Positions 27,535 through 41,984 of a stretch of DNA of 64,000 nt are shown piece after piece (positions within the stretch are counted from its first letter, which is position 1; each line of letters begins with the position of its first letter). Location of the stretch: positions 124,806,001 to 124,870,000 of the forward strand of contig OZ024745.1 of NCBI GenBank assembly GCA_964016885.1. Direction: 5' to 3'. Under the pieces are notes generated by a model that did no database searches, was not told the origin of the DNA, and saw nothing but the letters and a program-made list of their open reading frames with translations. This DNA comes from Eledone cirrhosa (Eukaryota). Both the position numbers and the translations under genes were made by a program.

Positions 27535-28149
27535 AACATTTAAAATGCGTAGATTTAACTTGCTACCCTATACAAATTATTACTGTAGTGACATAAAAAT
27601 ATAAATGGTAATTATCCCTTTATGTAACGTTTATCAAAGTTTTGACTGGGAATAGAAATCATTTCTCGAAAACCTAAAATCATTCTTCAGAAAATGAAAC
27701 CTAATGCTTTCGGAAGCATGCGAGCAGCAAGTGTAATAATAAATATATTAAGAATTGTAGGATAATGCTTCATTTTTACTGGTTCCTGCCACTGGGATGA
27801 TCATGAAAGAATGCAGTAAAGAAATATACAAAATAAAAATACATAATACTATGCTAGGTTAAAACTTGTTGAAACATTGTTTGGAACAATTTGCTCGTAG
27901 CTGAGAATTCCTTACTCATAGAAACAATTTATGGTAACAATCTACAAATTATATGAAAAAAATTAACTAGAGGAAATGCAATTCATACAAAATCAGGTAC
28001 ACCCCAATGGGATAGAATAGCTCTTTGTGGTAAAAATAGATATTTCCCATTCTTGGAAAACAACATATATATGTTTAGTGTGCCCCCTAATATATGCAAA
28101 GATTTGCGTTAAAAGAGAAGTTAGATCGATATAAATAAAATAAAACAAT

Positions 28150-28800
28150 ATTACCAGCTAGGGAAGGAGAAATATTCAAAGGAGATTAACTGAAGAAAAA
28201 ATCATACCATTTATATGTAAAATCTAAACATAAAAAAACACAAATATCTATTTAAAAGCCTCATAATGTAAAACAAAACTTTCTAAACTTCAAGATCTAG
28301 ACAAATTTAATGAAATTAAATAAATATTTATTCTACAAGTGAAAGCAAGCCTGCAGAGGCTAAGGAGATTCGAGAAAAAGATAAAGCTGTTCAAATGAAA
28401 TGATATATTGAAAGACTAGAACAAATTCTATATGGAGTATTAACCAACAAAGTTATAAATATAGAATTCCCCCAGGAAAAAAGTAACCTAATTACTGGCA
28501 CAAAACACAGAATACAGAGTTTGCTATATAAATCAACAAACATTGACAAACTTAAAGATCAAAAGATGTTTCTTTCCACGAGAGCAAATGGAAATGACAC
28601 TCTCATAGACTTGATAATATTAAAAACTTCTGAATTAAATGCAGCCTTGGCGCCTACGTTGCTAAAAGCTTTAACATCATTATCAACCCATCTTAAATGT
28701 TTAGACGTTTAACAGAGAGCATAAAAATTGAATATTTCAAAACCAGGAATACAGATAATTATTGGAATAATTGACTATCTGCATGTCTTACAGACCACTA
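28150..28800 (+). mobile_element. Ancient Dong-like fragment
   Basis: LQVKASLQRLRRFEKKIKLFK resembles family B QVKAQQIRRFEERNNF. Confidence 0.35.
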
Positions 28801-29868
28801 CAAAATAAAATGTTTAATAAGACCTAACAACGCGTGAACATATATGTAGCTTCTATATCTGTTAGATGTATGAAGAAAATCTTCACAAAATTAAATTTGT
28901 TTTCTTAGAAAATAAGTCTTCATTATAAATTATTAGTGTGGATCTAATGGATGGTGTGTACACGTCACGATGGACACGGATGGTGTTATCCTTTTACGAA
29001 GATGTGCTCGCTTTGATCTAAGAATAAATAATAACCCCATCGAAGAAGCTATAGAAATATATAATACAGGTATAAATACAGACATCAAATGAACAAAACC
29101 AGATTTACATTCAATAGTTTAGAAAGAAACATAAACAATTGCAAAGTTTTCCCAATTCGGATTTTCAGAGAATTGAATCAGAAAATATCTATCAAATAAT
29201 AAATCTTAGTGTCTTTGATGTCGCCATGAATTCTAAGCGTATTGATATTCAAATCGATGCAAGATACATTACCGAATTTCTAAATTCTGGTGCCCAAATC
29301 TATGTGGAACATTATGAATCTGAAAGGTAAGAGTTGACCTATGAATAAATTCCTCTCTTCTTTATTTTATTTCGGATTACATTGTGTAATGAGTTGTTTC
29401 ATTTTAATAATACACGACGTAGAAACGGAGATAATTTTTGAAGTGGATGTAAAATCCCAGACATCGATCAAAATAGGAACGTGTCTGTTGTTAATTTTAA
29501 CACCACCATTTGACCAGTGGAGTTCAGTTAATTGGAAGCATTGAGGTCATTCACCAGTTTGATGATGTATTCCAATGACATTCTGTTTGACCTGCTTTGC
29601 ATGTAAGTAATGTAATTCGTATTGCCATTAAATCACTGACTATAATCAGTAAAAATAAAACGTCACACGAATCATTTCTGAAAAGGAAAGTAGGGTGGAA
29701 AGTAATCTGAGGTTACAGACTGCAGGTTAACTTTGTCTTTCATCCTAACGGGGTTGATAAAATAAAGCACCAGTAATGCACTGGGATAATTGCTGGCCTT
29801 ATAGTAAATGTTGAAGATCCTCCTTCGGTTTGACGATGGGCATTCAAATGAACAACTTGTGAATTAAA

Positions 29869-30837
29869 TCTATATATATAAATCTGAGGATGTCTGTCTG
29901 TGTGTGTGTGTGAGTGTGAATCCCTAAAACTCGAGAACCGCCCAACCGACTGTTTTCAAACTTTACACATGTAATACTTATGTTTCAAGGAGTGTTCTGA
30001 GTCAAAAAGAATTCAAATTTTCAATGGCCTAGGGACCGCATTAGGCGATTTAGCAAACTTTCTCTATAGTTCTCAGTCTTTCTCTTTTTAGATAGATACA
30101 TACATATAACGTCGCGCCCTTATAATATCTGTCTGTATGTCTGGCTGTCTGCATTACGTCACTTCCCTGATGATGTCTGTGTATGTGTGTGTGTGTGTGT
30201 GTGCATGTGCATGTGTGTGTATGTGTGTGTGTGTCTGTGAGGTTGAATCCCTAAAACTCGAGAAGTACGCAACCGATTATTTTAAACTTGACATGTGTAT
30301 TACTTATGTTTCAGGGAGTGTTATGCACATAAACAAATTCAACTTTTTGATATCCTAGGGCACGCATTAGTTGAAAAACTGCGTTTTAAAGCTTTTTAGG
30401 GTTTTTTTTTAGGCATTACATCAGACCGATTTCCTTGAAATTGTAACTATGTATTAGTCAGTCTCTTCTGCATACCGTGAGCAAAGAAAATCCAACTTTT
30501 TTTTATGGCCTGGGCCCGCATTAGGTGAAACACCTTTTTTTCCAGCTTTTTAGGGCTTTTTGGAGGCGTTACGTCTAGCCAATTATCCCGAAATTTCAAG
30601 GCATATGCACATAAAAATAATTAATTTTCTTGATCCCCTAGGCCCCGCATTAGGTGAAAACCTGCATTTTTCTTGCTTCATCGAAGAAAATCTTAAAGAT
30701 TATCCAGCCATCAGAGTATTCGATTTATTTTCTTTAAATATTGTCCAGACAGGCATGCACTTTTTCCACGATTAGGTATGTTGGCGGCCCGCATTCTAAA
30801 ATACATTATCCCGTGCAACGCCGGGTACCAATGGTTG
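29869..30837 (+). mobile_element. Non-autonomous Helitron-like element
   Basis: A|TC 5' end (TCTATATATATAAA), (GTCT)n/(GT)n tract, internal subrepeats, subterminal hairpin CCCGTGCAACGCCGGG and a degenerate CTAG|T end. Confidence 0.65.
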
Positions 30838-31341
30838 TATATATATAAATGAAACAATACACAAAGATACACAAATACAAATGTATATATTTATTATAAC
30901 ACACAAAGATGCACAAATACAAATATATATATTTATTATAATACATATATATGTGACTATGTATGTGTGAAGCAGATGTCAACTGAAATAGAAATATAGG
31001 ATGTTTGCATTTATGTGGGAGGAGGCTTTACTACAAAGCAACAGCTATGTATAAAACTATAATTTAGAAAACAATTTAAAATAATGTCACCATGCGCAGT
31101 ACTCAGGGAACCCGTAGAATACTAGAAATGCTACTCAGCATTGCTGTAAGAATATAATGTATGAAATAACTGTTACTTGACATGAATATTGTGATAACAG
31201 CATTTATATGTATTGACATTTATTGTAATGAAGAAAGGAAACGGGAAATCTCATAACTGCAATAAACGCAGTATAGAACGTATAGACAAATATATATCTA
31301 TAAATACACGCGCACGGCTACACACACATACCCATATGGAT

Positions 31342-31392
<51 letters not shown>

Positions 31393-31544
31393 CACACACA
31401 CATACACACGTGTATTTGCTTATATATATGTAGATTGAGGATGACACGATCAGCAAATTCAACAATTACGAGTTACCTATCAATCGCCCTTGACTTATCG
31501 GCGGATACCGATTAATCGACTGCCTATATTATAAAAAAGAATTA

Positions 31545-31891
31545 CCGTATTTCCGGCGCCGAAAACGCTTCGTCCTCGAGGACGCACCCTAATTTTGGCA
31601 ACTAAAAATAACAAAATAAAAATTGTTTCTACTTTTGGCACAAGGCCAGAAATTATTCCAGTGTATTACTGGTACATTATTTTATCGACCCCTAAGGATG
31701 AAAGGCAAAGTTAACCTCGGCGGGATTTGAACTCAGACCATAAAGGGTCGTAATTCAATGCTGCAAAGCATGGCGTCAGACCCTCTACCGATACTGCCAA
31801 TAATAAACAACTGTCGGCGTCCGGTACGCATGGTATATATTTGAGACTTATTTTAGGAAAATGGTAGCGTCTTTGACGCCGGGAAATACGG
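31545..31891. mobile_element. Tc1/mariner-type MITE with a nested SINE S1 (31621-31800, minus)
   Basis: TA-CCGTATTTCCGGCG ... CGCCGGGAAATACGG-TA terminal inverted repeats. Confidence 0.75.
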
Positions 31892-32118
31892 TACTTGTTT
31901 TATATATATATGCGTATTATAATCAACTGTAAATAATACATTGTAATTTTTTACAATTAATCACAAGAATTGATCTACGATGTGAGAGCACTGTACACAT
32001 GTTATTAATTTTACTGTAAGAGGTAACATGAAAGAGTTTGCAAAATATATGTTCTAAAAATAAAGTAATATGACTTTACATTATAAATTTCGACTTCTTT
32101 AATTTAATCATTATTATT

Positions 32119-32302
32119 GGCGGTGGGTTGGCAGTATCGGTAGAGGGTCGGACGCCATGCTTTGCAGCAAAGGGTTACGACCCTTTTTGATCTGAGTTCA
32201 AATCCCGCCGAGATTAACTTTCCTTTTCATCCTTACGAGGTCGATAAAATAAAGTACCACTGGGCTAATTGGTGGCCTTGTGCCAAAAGTAGAAACAATT
32301 AT
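32119..32302 (+). mobile_element. SINE S1
   Basis: Full head GGCGGTGGGTTGGCAGTATCGG, inserted in (ATT)n. Confidence 0.85.
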
Positions 32303-33557
32303 TATTATGTATTTATTAAAGTTTTTGTGGGGGGGGGGGGGTACGTTACGATAGCAGGATTCATTATGCCTGGAAAAGCTTTGAATTCATTTTTATAACC
32401 TTGTAGATTGAAATCTTAGAATTTTTACAATCATTCCTATTTAAATGATCAATTAAGTATATATTCGCTGATTGTGGGCTGGCAACTTTCTCTTCTGGGG
32501 AATTATGTCACCTTGTCAGTCTAAATTAATTTCCAGTTGTGTAGAATAACGTGCTGAAGCACTAGAGACAGTGTTATATTTCAACGGGGAGCTTCAATTG
32601 TTTATTCTAGGAAATAATTTATGTTTATTATATACTTCTAGGTGTTGAATCAAATTATTTCCCGAAATACAATGTCATCCATTGTCTTCATCTTCTAAAC
32701 AGAAAAGGGCCGAGTATCTAACCAAATTACTCCATAAAAACGTCTTTACCGATTTTCTGCTGATAATTCAGGTGGTGAAATACAGACTTCTAATAAAAAA
32801 AGTTTATTTAAATTAACATTCCGATTCAGTCTTATATATATACATAAATATATAGAGATTTTTTTAAAGTTTCCTTTGAAAAGTATTTTTTGAACTTTTT
32901 TGGAAGGGTTTTTTAACTCTCTTAACTTCTTTAATTTTTAAATTTTTGGATTCTGGGAATCCTTTGGATTTCAGCTCTTAACTTTTGCCAATTTTCGGAA
33001 TTTTAGAGAGAAAAGAATTTTTTCTTAGTTCCCCTCAACAAAAGTAACTTTAACAGACTAACTGTAAAAACACACACACACAACAACCTCACACATATAC
33101 ACACACGTATTTATGCCTACATGTGTGTACTGTTGTATATACACCCCCACACTCTCTCTATACATGTGTGTGTGGGGGTATGTACACATACCAACCTACC
33201 ACATTATTCAGCTCTTACAACCCCCTATCCCCTTTTGAACTATTGACCACTAGATTAAACAATACAGTCACAGTATATTTTTCACATCAACAAAACAACC
33301 TGTTCTCATTCCCAGTCAACTTTTCAGGAAGCATAATGGAAGAAATTTTACTCAAACATTCGATTTTGATTTTAATTTTAAACCTTACTTTACTCCTACC
33401 AAGTCTTTTTAATTAACTTTTTTGACTGAATTTGACAAAATGGATCTTAATACATCGAAAGCGGTAATTTTCTCATATACTTTATATACGTCATAAAAAC
33501 ATTTTTTAAAAAGAACTGTCCCCCTCTTTTTATAATAACATTATCTTTTCAATAATG

Positions 33558-33624
33558 AGGGTCGATAAAATAAAGTACCAGTAATGCACTGGTAATTGCT
33601 GGCCTTGTGCCTAAAGTAGAAACA
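33558..33624 (+). mobile_element. 5'-truncated SINE S1 with an 18-bp target-site duplication
   Basis: ATTATCTTTTCAATAATG at 33540-33557 and 33625-33642. Confidence 0.85.
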
Positions 33625-33757
33625 ATTATCTTTTCAATAATGTCACTTTGACGAATCAAAAAAGAAAAAAACAGACACTTAATATAACTCCCGTGCTATT
33701 TCCAACTTCATCTTTTCTCTATATCCACTGATTTGTATAGAACCTAACTTGCCTTTT

Positions 33758-33798
<41 letters not shown>

Positions 33799-34429
33799 GT
33801 AATATATATATATATATATATTAGAAAGTGAGGTTTTTTTTACAAAATGGGATGGGAGAATTGTTCTGATTCAGTGAATATGGTTGGTTCACTGGGGTGT
33901 CAGAATCCAGATTTTCTATTGAAATAAAGAAATAAAGAGATAGGTGTGTTTATTTGTGTGTGTGTGTAGGAAAGTGATTCTATTAGTAGAAATGGGGCAG
34001 GGAGTTGTGTTTGTGTGTGTGTGTAGGGGGGGGGGGTTATGTGTGTGTGTGTGTGGGGGGGGGGTTATGTGTGTGTGGAAGTATGGTTAGCATGTTAAGA
34101 TGAAGAGAATATATATTTTGTGTGTGTGTGTGTGTAGGAAAATGATTCCGTTCGTAGGAATATTTTGAATAAACATATTTTCCTTACTTATTCGTATTTG
34201 TTCTGTTGTATTGTCAGCGCAAACGTATGTTAAGGTTTATTTAGTTCGGTTTTTTTATTTTCTAAAGTAGAAGGTGTTATGTGTGTGTGCATGTGTCTGT
34301 TTGGATGGTTAGCATATTATGGTGCTGAAATAATCTATATTAAACCATATTTAATGCTGGTCTATATTTTTGAATAAACATATTTTCCTTATTTATACGT
34401 ATTTGTTCTGTTGAATTATCAGCGCAAAG

Positions 34430-34850
34430 GTAAAATGGGAAGACTTGGAATTTAGGTGTCTTATTACTTGCGCATATATGCGTTTAGTGGTATCTGTCTC
34501 GTGGTTGGATCTCGTAATTGTTGGCGATGAACTGTCATTCTGTTTCTGAGTGTGAGTTTAGTTTGTCCTATATAATCTTCATTGCATCCTTTACATTTAA
34601 TGGCATAAAGTAAATTTTTTGAGGAGCAAGTGAAGTGATTTTTTACAGCAAAATGTTGTCCTGATTTAAATGTATACGTGTTGCCTTCAATGAGGTGAGT
34701 GCAGGTTCCACAATTAGAGCGACCACATTTTTTGACACTTGGTTGTGGGTTTGTGGTAGGTAATTTGGCATTGGTGTTTAATGTTTTCAGTGATTTCGGT
34801 TGTCTTTTAAAATGGTAAAGTATTAGATATTAGCTGTATACTTTGCATAA
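34430..34850 (-). mobile_element. Penelope-like element fragment (Cys-rich linker plus GIY-YIG endonuclease)
   Basis: VKKCGRSNCGTC...FTCSSKNLLYAIKCKGCNEDYIGQTKLTLRNRMTVHRQQ. A 40-bp-arm inversion at 34805-34909. Confidence 0.8.
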
Positions 34851-35839
34851 ATTCCACAGAACATTCCATAAAGTATACAGATAATATCTAATACTTTACC
34901 ATTTTAAAATCCTTTTCTCAAAGGCACATATATATTTCTTTAAAAATATACCCATCTTTCTACCTTATTTCAATATTATTTATTATACATTATATAATAC
35001 TAGTTACTCATTCTATATCACTCCTATTTATCACTTCTCTTTCTTTCTTTTTTTTTCCTTTTTTCTTTTCATTTCTAACCTCTAATCTGTACCTTTTCTT
35101 CCTAGATACTTCTCAATTCTCATTATTTCTCACCACAATATATTCTTAGCCTTTTAAATACTTTATAATATCACCTTGAAAAATCCTTCGTAAACATAAA
35201 CATTTTTTTGACGTTAGATTATTCATCCTCAATTCATTATTTTTTTCTCCCTTTCATGCTCATCTAACTTATACATATTACACATATTCATCCATTCATC
35301 CACTCTTCTACTTCTTTTCACAATATATCCTTAATTACATTACTATTGTTATATTTTTATATTTTTAATAATACATATCAACAATTTATTTCCATCGCAC
35401 ATATTATTAAACCCTTAAATATTATTCTTAATATATATTAACAATTTCTTTTTATCGCACATATTATTAAACCCTTCAATATACAAACCTTAATTTAACA
35501 TTATTCTTAAATTTTTCTCTTCGTTAATTTTTAAATTCTTTTAATTTATATATTATCTTCCAACGGTTTTTTAACCTCTCTATGTAAAACAATATATTTT
35601 TCTCAGTTATAAAAGCTATCTCTCTCTCTCTATCACCCATCTCTCCTCCTTATCTCATCCTTCCTTATTATACTCCTCCCCCTCCATTCTTTACTCTCAT
35701 CTCCTCCTCTTTTTCACCCCCCCCCAAACACCCTCAATTTTTTCCCCAATATCACACATCAATCTAAAACTACTTTTCATATGTTGATTTAAAACTCCAC
35801 TATTCACAAGCGTTTTTTAACCTTCATATCATGTCTCCC

Positions 35840-35910
35840 TATTTTATCTGACGAAAACGCAAATGTCATCGCATGATGATATTTGTTTTTGAAATGGGCA
35901 TAATAAAATA
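35840..35910 (+). ncRNA. Minimal type-I hammerhead ribozyme, family H1
   Basis: TATTTTAT-CTGACGA-stem II-GAAA-TGGGCA-TA-ATAAAATA, with a perfect 8-bp stem I. Confidence 0.7.
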
Positions 35911-35945
35911 CATGGAACTCTTTTAACCGTCTTCTGATCTTATAT

Positions 35946-35977
<32 letters not shown>

Positions 35978-37103
35978 TTATATATTTAGTTTTTCATTAA
36001 ACTACCCCTGATCGAGAAGTCTTTAAGTCGGGACAATGACATGGTATGGTTTTAGGAATATTTTATCCGACGTATTATTTTTTATTTAAATGTAATTTGC
36101 AAGATATAATGAAGAGCGACCGACGAAGTTGAGAAAACCTCTTACATACACACATAGATACACACACACATATATATATAAAACTTTCATTTCAGAATGT
36201 AAAATATAAATGAATAAATTAAATATTTTAATTTAAGGTTGAAACATTTTCCCTTCACTTCCCCTACTCTGTCACTACCGCTCAGTAAACCACATACAAA
36301 TACACAAACACGCATATTCTTTCACATCCTCTCTCAGACAGTTTAAGATTTGGTATAAATGCTACTTCATAAATGCCTAATATCTACATTAAGTGTTTTT
36401 ATATGCACCAAAAATATTTGATTTTCACCAATCAAGTAGTGTATTAGATAAATAAAATAGCTTATATTCTTCAAATGTTATTATTAGAAATGCTTATCTC
36501 AGATATGAAAAGAAGTAGGATTTTTATAAGAAAATCATTAAACAATTCTCTGAAATCACCTACAACTTCTTCGTGGGTAAACGTCTTCCCAGAAACCATA
36601 GCAGTCAAATCTTCTTGAAATAGTTCCAGGCTATCTGGAAGTGAACGGTATTACACAAGATTTTATTTCCAAAGGAGAAAACAATACAAAGGCTTTGAAC
36701 ATAACTCTGTTTGATGTTTGACTTGGTACTATCACTGTTCTCATCACAAGCTTAGCATTTGAACTAAATTATAAAGCAGCAGGAATAGACTTATTCTTGG
36801 TCACTGATCACTATCTTTTTGAATTCTATGCTTATATATTGTAGATAAGAAAATATATTTTCTTTTAAATTCATGAGTACGAAGGAATATATATTCTCTT
36901 CTATTTTATAGAAAAAAAATATACGTGCACACCCACATACACAGACACACACACGCGCGCGCGCACATATATTTATATATATTGCTACTTATCTGATATA
37001 TGCATAGTTTTATTGTTCTACAATATTACTCACCTTCTACATATATTATATATATACATATGTATGTGTGTGTGTACGTATATTTTTTCTGTAAAATAGA
37101 AGA

Positions 37104-37147
<44 letters not shown>

Positions 37148-38184
37148 GTGTGCGTGTGTGCGCGTGTGTGTGTGTGTGTGTTTGTCTATAGTCGATTAAT
37201 ATTTATGTCCTGCTCACGTTTGAAATATATCGGGATCGTAACGATTGTGTTATAAACACGGAGCAAACACTTCACATCTCATGACAGGAATCATTTTTCT
37301 TCCATTATTTGACCATGGTCTTGTGAGTTTCAGAAGAATTTATACATACATTTTTCTATGTCATATAAAGTGTGATATATGTATAACCGACTATACATTG
37401 TTTAAATATAAATTTATTTGAAATGTGTTTTTCCATATTATCTTTCACCTCTTATATAACCCAGAAGAATATATAGAATTTCATAACTACGCCTTTGACA
37501 ATATCATAATTACTTAACATATCACATACCATCTGATAAATTTTACTTTATCAAAATGGATTTACCGATTAAATATATCAATGAATAATACCTATTCCTG
37601 ACCTGTATATTTCGTATATTCTTTACAGTAATCGAAGCAAACTTATTGGAATGTCTTTCAATAATACCAGCTATAGTTCAATTCCAAAGTGATCTGTAAA
37701 AATGTTTCGGCAAGTGCCGGCATTATATGAGACTTACTGATGTGGAAAACCTTTTTCTTTTCATACGCAATACTCACAAAATCTGACAAATAGACTTCAC
37801 AATTTTCAGTAGTTTAATTTGGTGTGAAATCTTTCGTCGAACTCTTTGCGATACGGGAGGCTAGATAGAGTTAGATCTGCGTAGGAAATTATGTGGTGAT
37901 GAGGCTGGTGACAACGTATGATCTGGACGTCCTCCATTGGTGCAGACACACATATTGGTTTGTCTGAGAACTCTACTAGTGACGTATAACGTTCATTTTG
38001 GGTTAGATTGAATGATTTCTTATAGATAGGGTGGAATTATGTCGCATAACAAAGAGGCTCGCGATGCAAATGCTCGTAACTCTGCACCCCAGAACGTATG
38101 GAATGGTCGTCGAATATTATTTCATGACAAATTGTATATCGGATACTATGAGTATCATATTTGTTAAATTGTTATTACATTACC

Positions 38185-38469
38185 TATTACACGCTCAGAG
38201 TTGCTGAAGTATAGAACAAAGTACCTGCATCAGTTGTTAGCTACCGAGACACTGCATCCTTTAAAATCTACCTGCTTCCGGAAATTCGCCAACACTACAC
38301 CAGATGTGCCCCCTCCATACACACGCACACATGTATTTCATGACTCATATACTGTTCATTTTCCTGACATTTGTACATTATTCTGTGTACTATACATGCA
38401 CCTTTGATGAGTTGTTGTGCACCTGAGCACAGTACACAATAATTTGATTATTATTATTATTATTATTAT
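38185..38469 (+). mobile_element. CR1-like LINE 3' end with an (ATT)n tail
   Basis: TLRVAEV*NKVPASVVS...SFK matches the CR1 C-terminal RV...WN.LP..VV....FK motif. Confidence 0.55.
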
Positions 38470-40181
38470 TGTTCTTTGAGTCTCAGTCATTGATGTTAGT
38501 TAACTGGAAAGTTTGTTGAAATTAATAGCAAGCCACTTCCTGCAGCCTCAGACATTCAGGACGTATCGGAGGGTTCTTGCTCTTCCCAGCAAGCATGCCT
38601 TTTGAAGTGTTCCAAAATGTGGGGCCGGACTAATCTTCTTCAACCATCCTAGGAAGCTCTTTGAGATAGTACCTAGTGTGCCTACGACAATCGGGACGAC
38701 TCTGACTTCATGGCAGTTCCAAATCCTTTCTACCTCCCACTTTAAGTCCTGGTATCGGTTAATTTTCTCCCTTTCTTGTTCTTGCACTCTCGTGTCAAAT
38801 GAGCAGGCCACATCTACAATCAGGGACGATTTTTTTCCTTGTTCAAAACTATCAGGTCAGGCCTATTGTGTTCTAATTTCTTGACCTTCTGTATCCTAAA
38901 ATCCCACAGCACCTTCACCTGATCGTTTTCTATCACCGACTCTGGCTTATGCTCATACCACTTCTCAGAATGTGGTAAATTGTTTACTTTGCATAGATGC
39001 CAGTAGATCACCCTTCCCATCACATCATATCTCCAGCTTTTATAGTGAGTCTGGGCTAGGTGTTTACACTCGGATACAATGTGAGCCACAGTCTCCTCTC
39101 TCTCTCCACAGATCCTGCACAGTGGGCTAGCCTCCTCCTTGTAAATATGGTGTTTCAGCCACTTCGTTTTGAGGGATTCCTCTTGCGCAGCCATTCGCAT
39201 TACTCCTGTAGCCTTTTTAAGGTCTCCTCTTTTTAACCAGTTCCATGTCTGTGTATCTCTGAATTCCGTTTTCTCAAAGAAGGTACTATGAAGGGATTTT
39301 TCATGAAGGCTGCTCTTTCTCCTTGTTGTTATTTCGTCCTTGGAGATCCCCTGGTCTATTGTCCTCTCCTTCAGTACAATTATGAGCATTGGCTCCCTAC
39401 TATCAGTCACGTATTTGTGTAGGTTGTTTTTCTCCATCTGAACACAGTCCTCTATGCTGATAAGACCACTTCCACCTTCAGATCTCCTTAAGTAGAGTCA
39501 ATCGACATCACTCCTCTGGTAAAACATGTTGTAGTCAATAGCTTCCTTAGTCTTCCTATCCATTCTTTTTGTTCAGCAACATTCCATCTCAGAATTCCCG
39601 CACTGTACCTAATAATAGACACAGCTCGGGAATTTACTGCATTTCCTACTGTTCAGATGTGACTTTAATACGCTCATTACTCTCCGAATTTATTCAGATC
39701 TTATCAATTCCTTCATTTTTTTGTTCTTGATGTCATCAGACTCAATACACCTAAATGCTTGTATCCTTCTTCAGTGTCAATTTCCTTTATCATCTCACCT
39801 GTTGGTACCTGGATTCCGTTGCTTCTGCTCAATTCATCACAAGGACTCCACACTTACTAATACCAAATTGCATACATATATCATTGCTGAAAATACGGAC
39901 AGTGTCAACAAGCACATCCAACTCCTTCTCACTCTTCCCGAAGAGCTTAAGATCGTTCATGAAGAGGAGGTGATTGATGGTAATCTCTCCCTATCCCAAC
40001 TTGTATCCTGCTCTCACTTTTCGCAGTATAATGGTCAGGGGCATCAGGGCAAGGACAAACAACAGAGGCGACAGACTATCTCCGTGGAAGATACCTCTCT
40101 TACGCCTCCCGAGGATTCTCCAGCTGATGTTGACTGTTTTCCAGGACTTCATACTTTTGCTCAACAACTGTCTGATGTTAT
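38470..40181 (-). mobile_element. R4/Dong family A copy A5 (decayed)
   Basis: ORF pieces 38548-38811 and 38820-39437 are homologous to A2. Same 3' UTR. Confidence 0.88.
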
Positions 40182-40340
40182 GGCAGTATCGGTAGAGAGT
40201 CGGACACCATGCTTTGAAGCATAGAGTTACATCCCTTTATGATCTGAGATCAAATCCCGCCGAGGTTAACTTTGCGTTTCATCCTTACGGGGTCGATCAA
40301 ATAAAGTACTAGTAATGTACTGGGTAATTGCTGGCCTTGT
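40181..40340 (+). mobile_element. SINE S1 with an (ATT)n tail
   Basis: Matches the consensus and abuts the 5' break of A5. Confidence 0.85.
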
Positions 40341-40356
40341 GCCTAAAATAGAAACA

Positions 40357-40392
<36 letters not shown>

Positions 40393-41107
40393 GTTGTTGT
40401 TGTTATTATTATTATTATTACAGAAATATGTAGCTTTCACATTTACTAACCTCGTGGAACCAACAGTCTGCAAATCTAGCATTCATAGATAGCTGAGTTA
40501 ATATACACAAGTCTCTGCATTGTCTTAAAAATATATAGCTTATATTTCTTATTGCAACCGTAAACCTACTTCCTTCTTGTATGTGTGCATTGTATGTTAA
40601 AATGCCGTTAGAGATTTATATTTTTTAAAGTATGTAAAATTAGAGCTAATATGCACATCATATATCTTTTTATTATGTGTCCATTTTTATGTTCCGTCTG
40701 ACCCAAATTAGTGGTATCTACATTTTAATAGTGTGCCATACATGTTATTGCCCCATACAACTTAAGTACAGGTAATCGTAATACAGACTATCTTCGAAAA
40801 CACTAAAACTATTTGCGTTTCTGTCTCTATACTTATTTTCTATGAACACGATTGAAATGCGTTTCAGCAACGTCTTTTCGCTCCTTCTTCTTCAATATTA
40901 ACATCAAACCGTTTGGTCCGCAGTTTACAGTTTTTTAAGTACAATTATTTAAATAGAATTGTAGTTGTATTGATTTCATTTCATTTTATTATGTCTTTGT
41001 ACTGGTTCCTAGCATGTTATTTTTGGCATCATTTTCACGGTGTTGCAGTGTATTCACTTTGTTTTATTTTATTTTGGGGACGGCAAGGTAACAATGTTTA
41101 TAAAAAT

Positions 41108-41158
<51 letters not shown>

Positions 41159-41799
41159 TTCTTCTTCTTCTTCTTCTTCTTCTTCTTCTTCTTCTTCTTC
41201 TTCTTCTTCTTCTTCTTCTTCTTCTTCTTCTTCTTCTTCTTCTTCTTCTTCTTCTTCTTCTTCTTTATTATTATTATAACCATAAGTAGCAGTATCAGCG
41301 CCTGTAGGAGCCTCAATAGCATTAGCTAGAACTGCGCCATATCGTCCGTTTCAGCAGCAGTTCTACTAGCACTACACTGCTATGATGGTCATCATTACAT
41401 TGTGTGACACTACAAATGTTCACAATAAACAGCAAGACCATTATCGTTAGACTGAACAAATGTACTAGACTGATGAACATATATTTATAAATATTTTTAT
41501 GATTATAACTTTTGTATGGAATCCCTTTCATCTTTTATTCTGGGTAGTACCTTATACCATTAGTAGATTTGGTCTGCTGGGTTTAGAATATTGATATTAC
41601 TTTTCTGATTTTCTAATCAAATCTGTGTTACCTATAATCCAGTAGATTGTCTTGAATCTACATTTCTATGAATGAAATTATGATGTTGGTTCGGGTACTA
41701 AGTTTTGTAATATACTACAATTGGGAATTTCTTTCATAAAGTTAATCACACATATTTTGAGGTGACTTATGAAATGAAATCAGTTATATATATATATGT

Positions 41800-41829
<30 letters not shown>

Positions 41830-41830
<1 letters not shown>

Positions 41831-41937
41831 TAGGGTGTGGGAAATTACCAGGTGAACCATAACCCACCAGAGTAGTCTATACTTGGTGTAGTAGAGTAGG
41901 TAATGTGAAAAGATTCAGGAGCTGTGGTCCTGAATCT

Positions 41938-41984
<47 letters not shown>

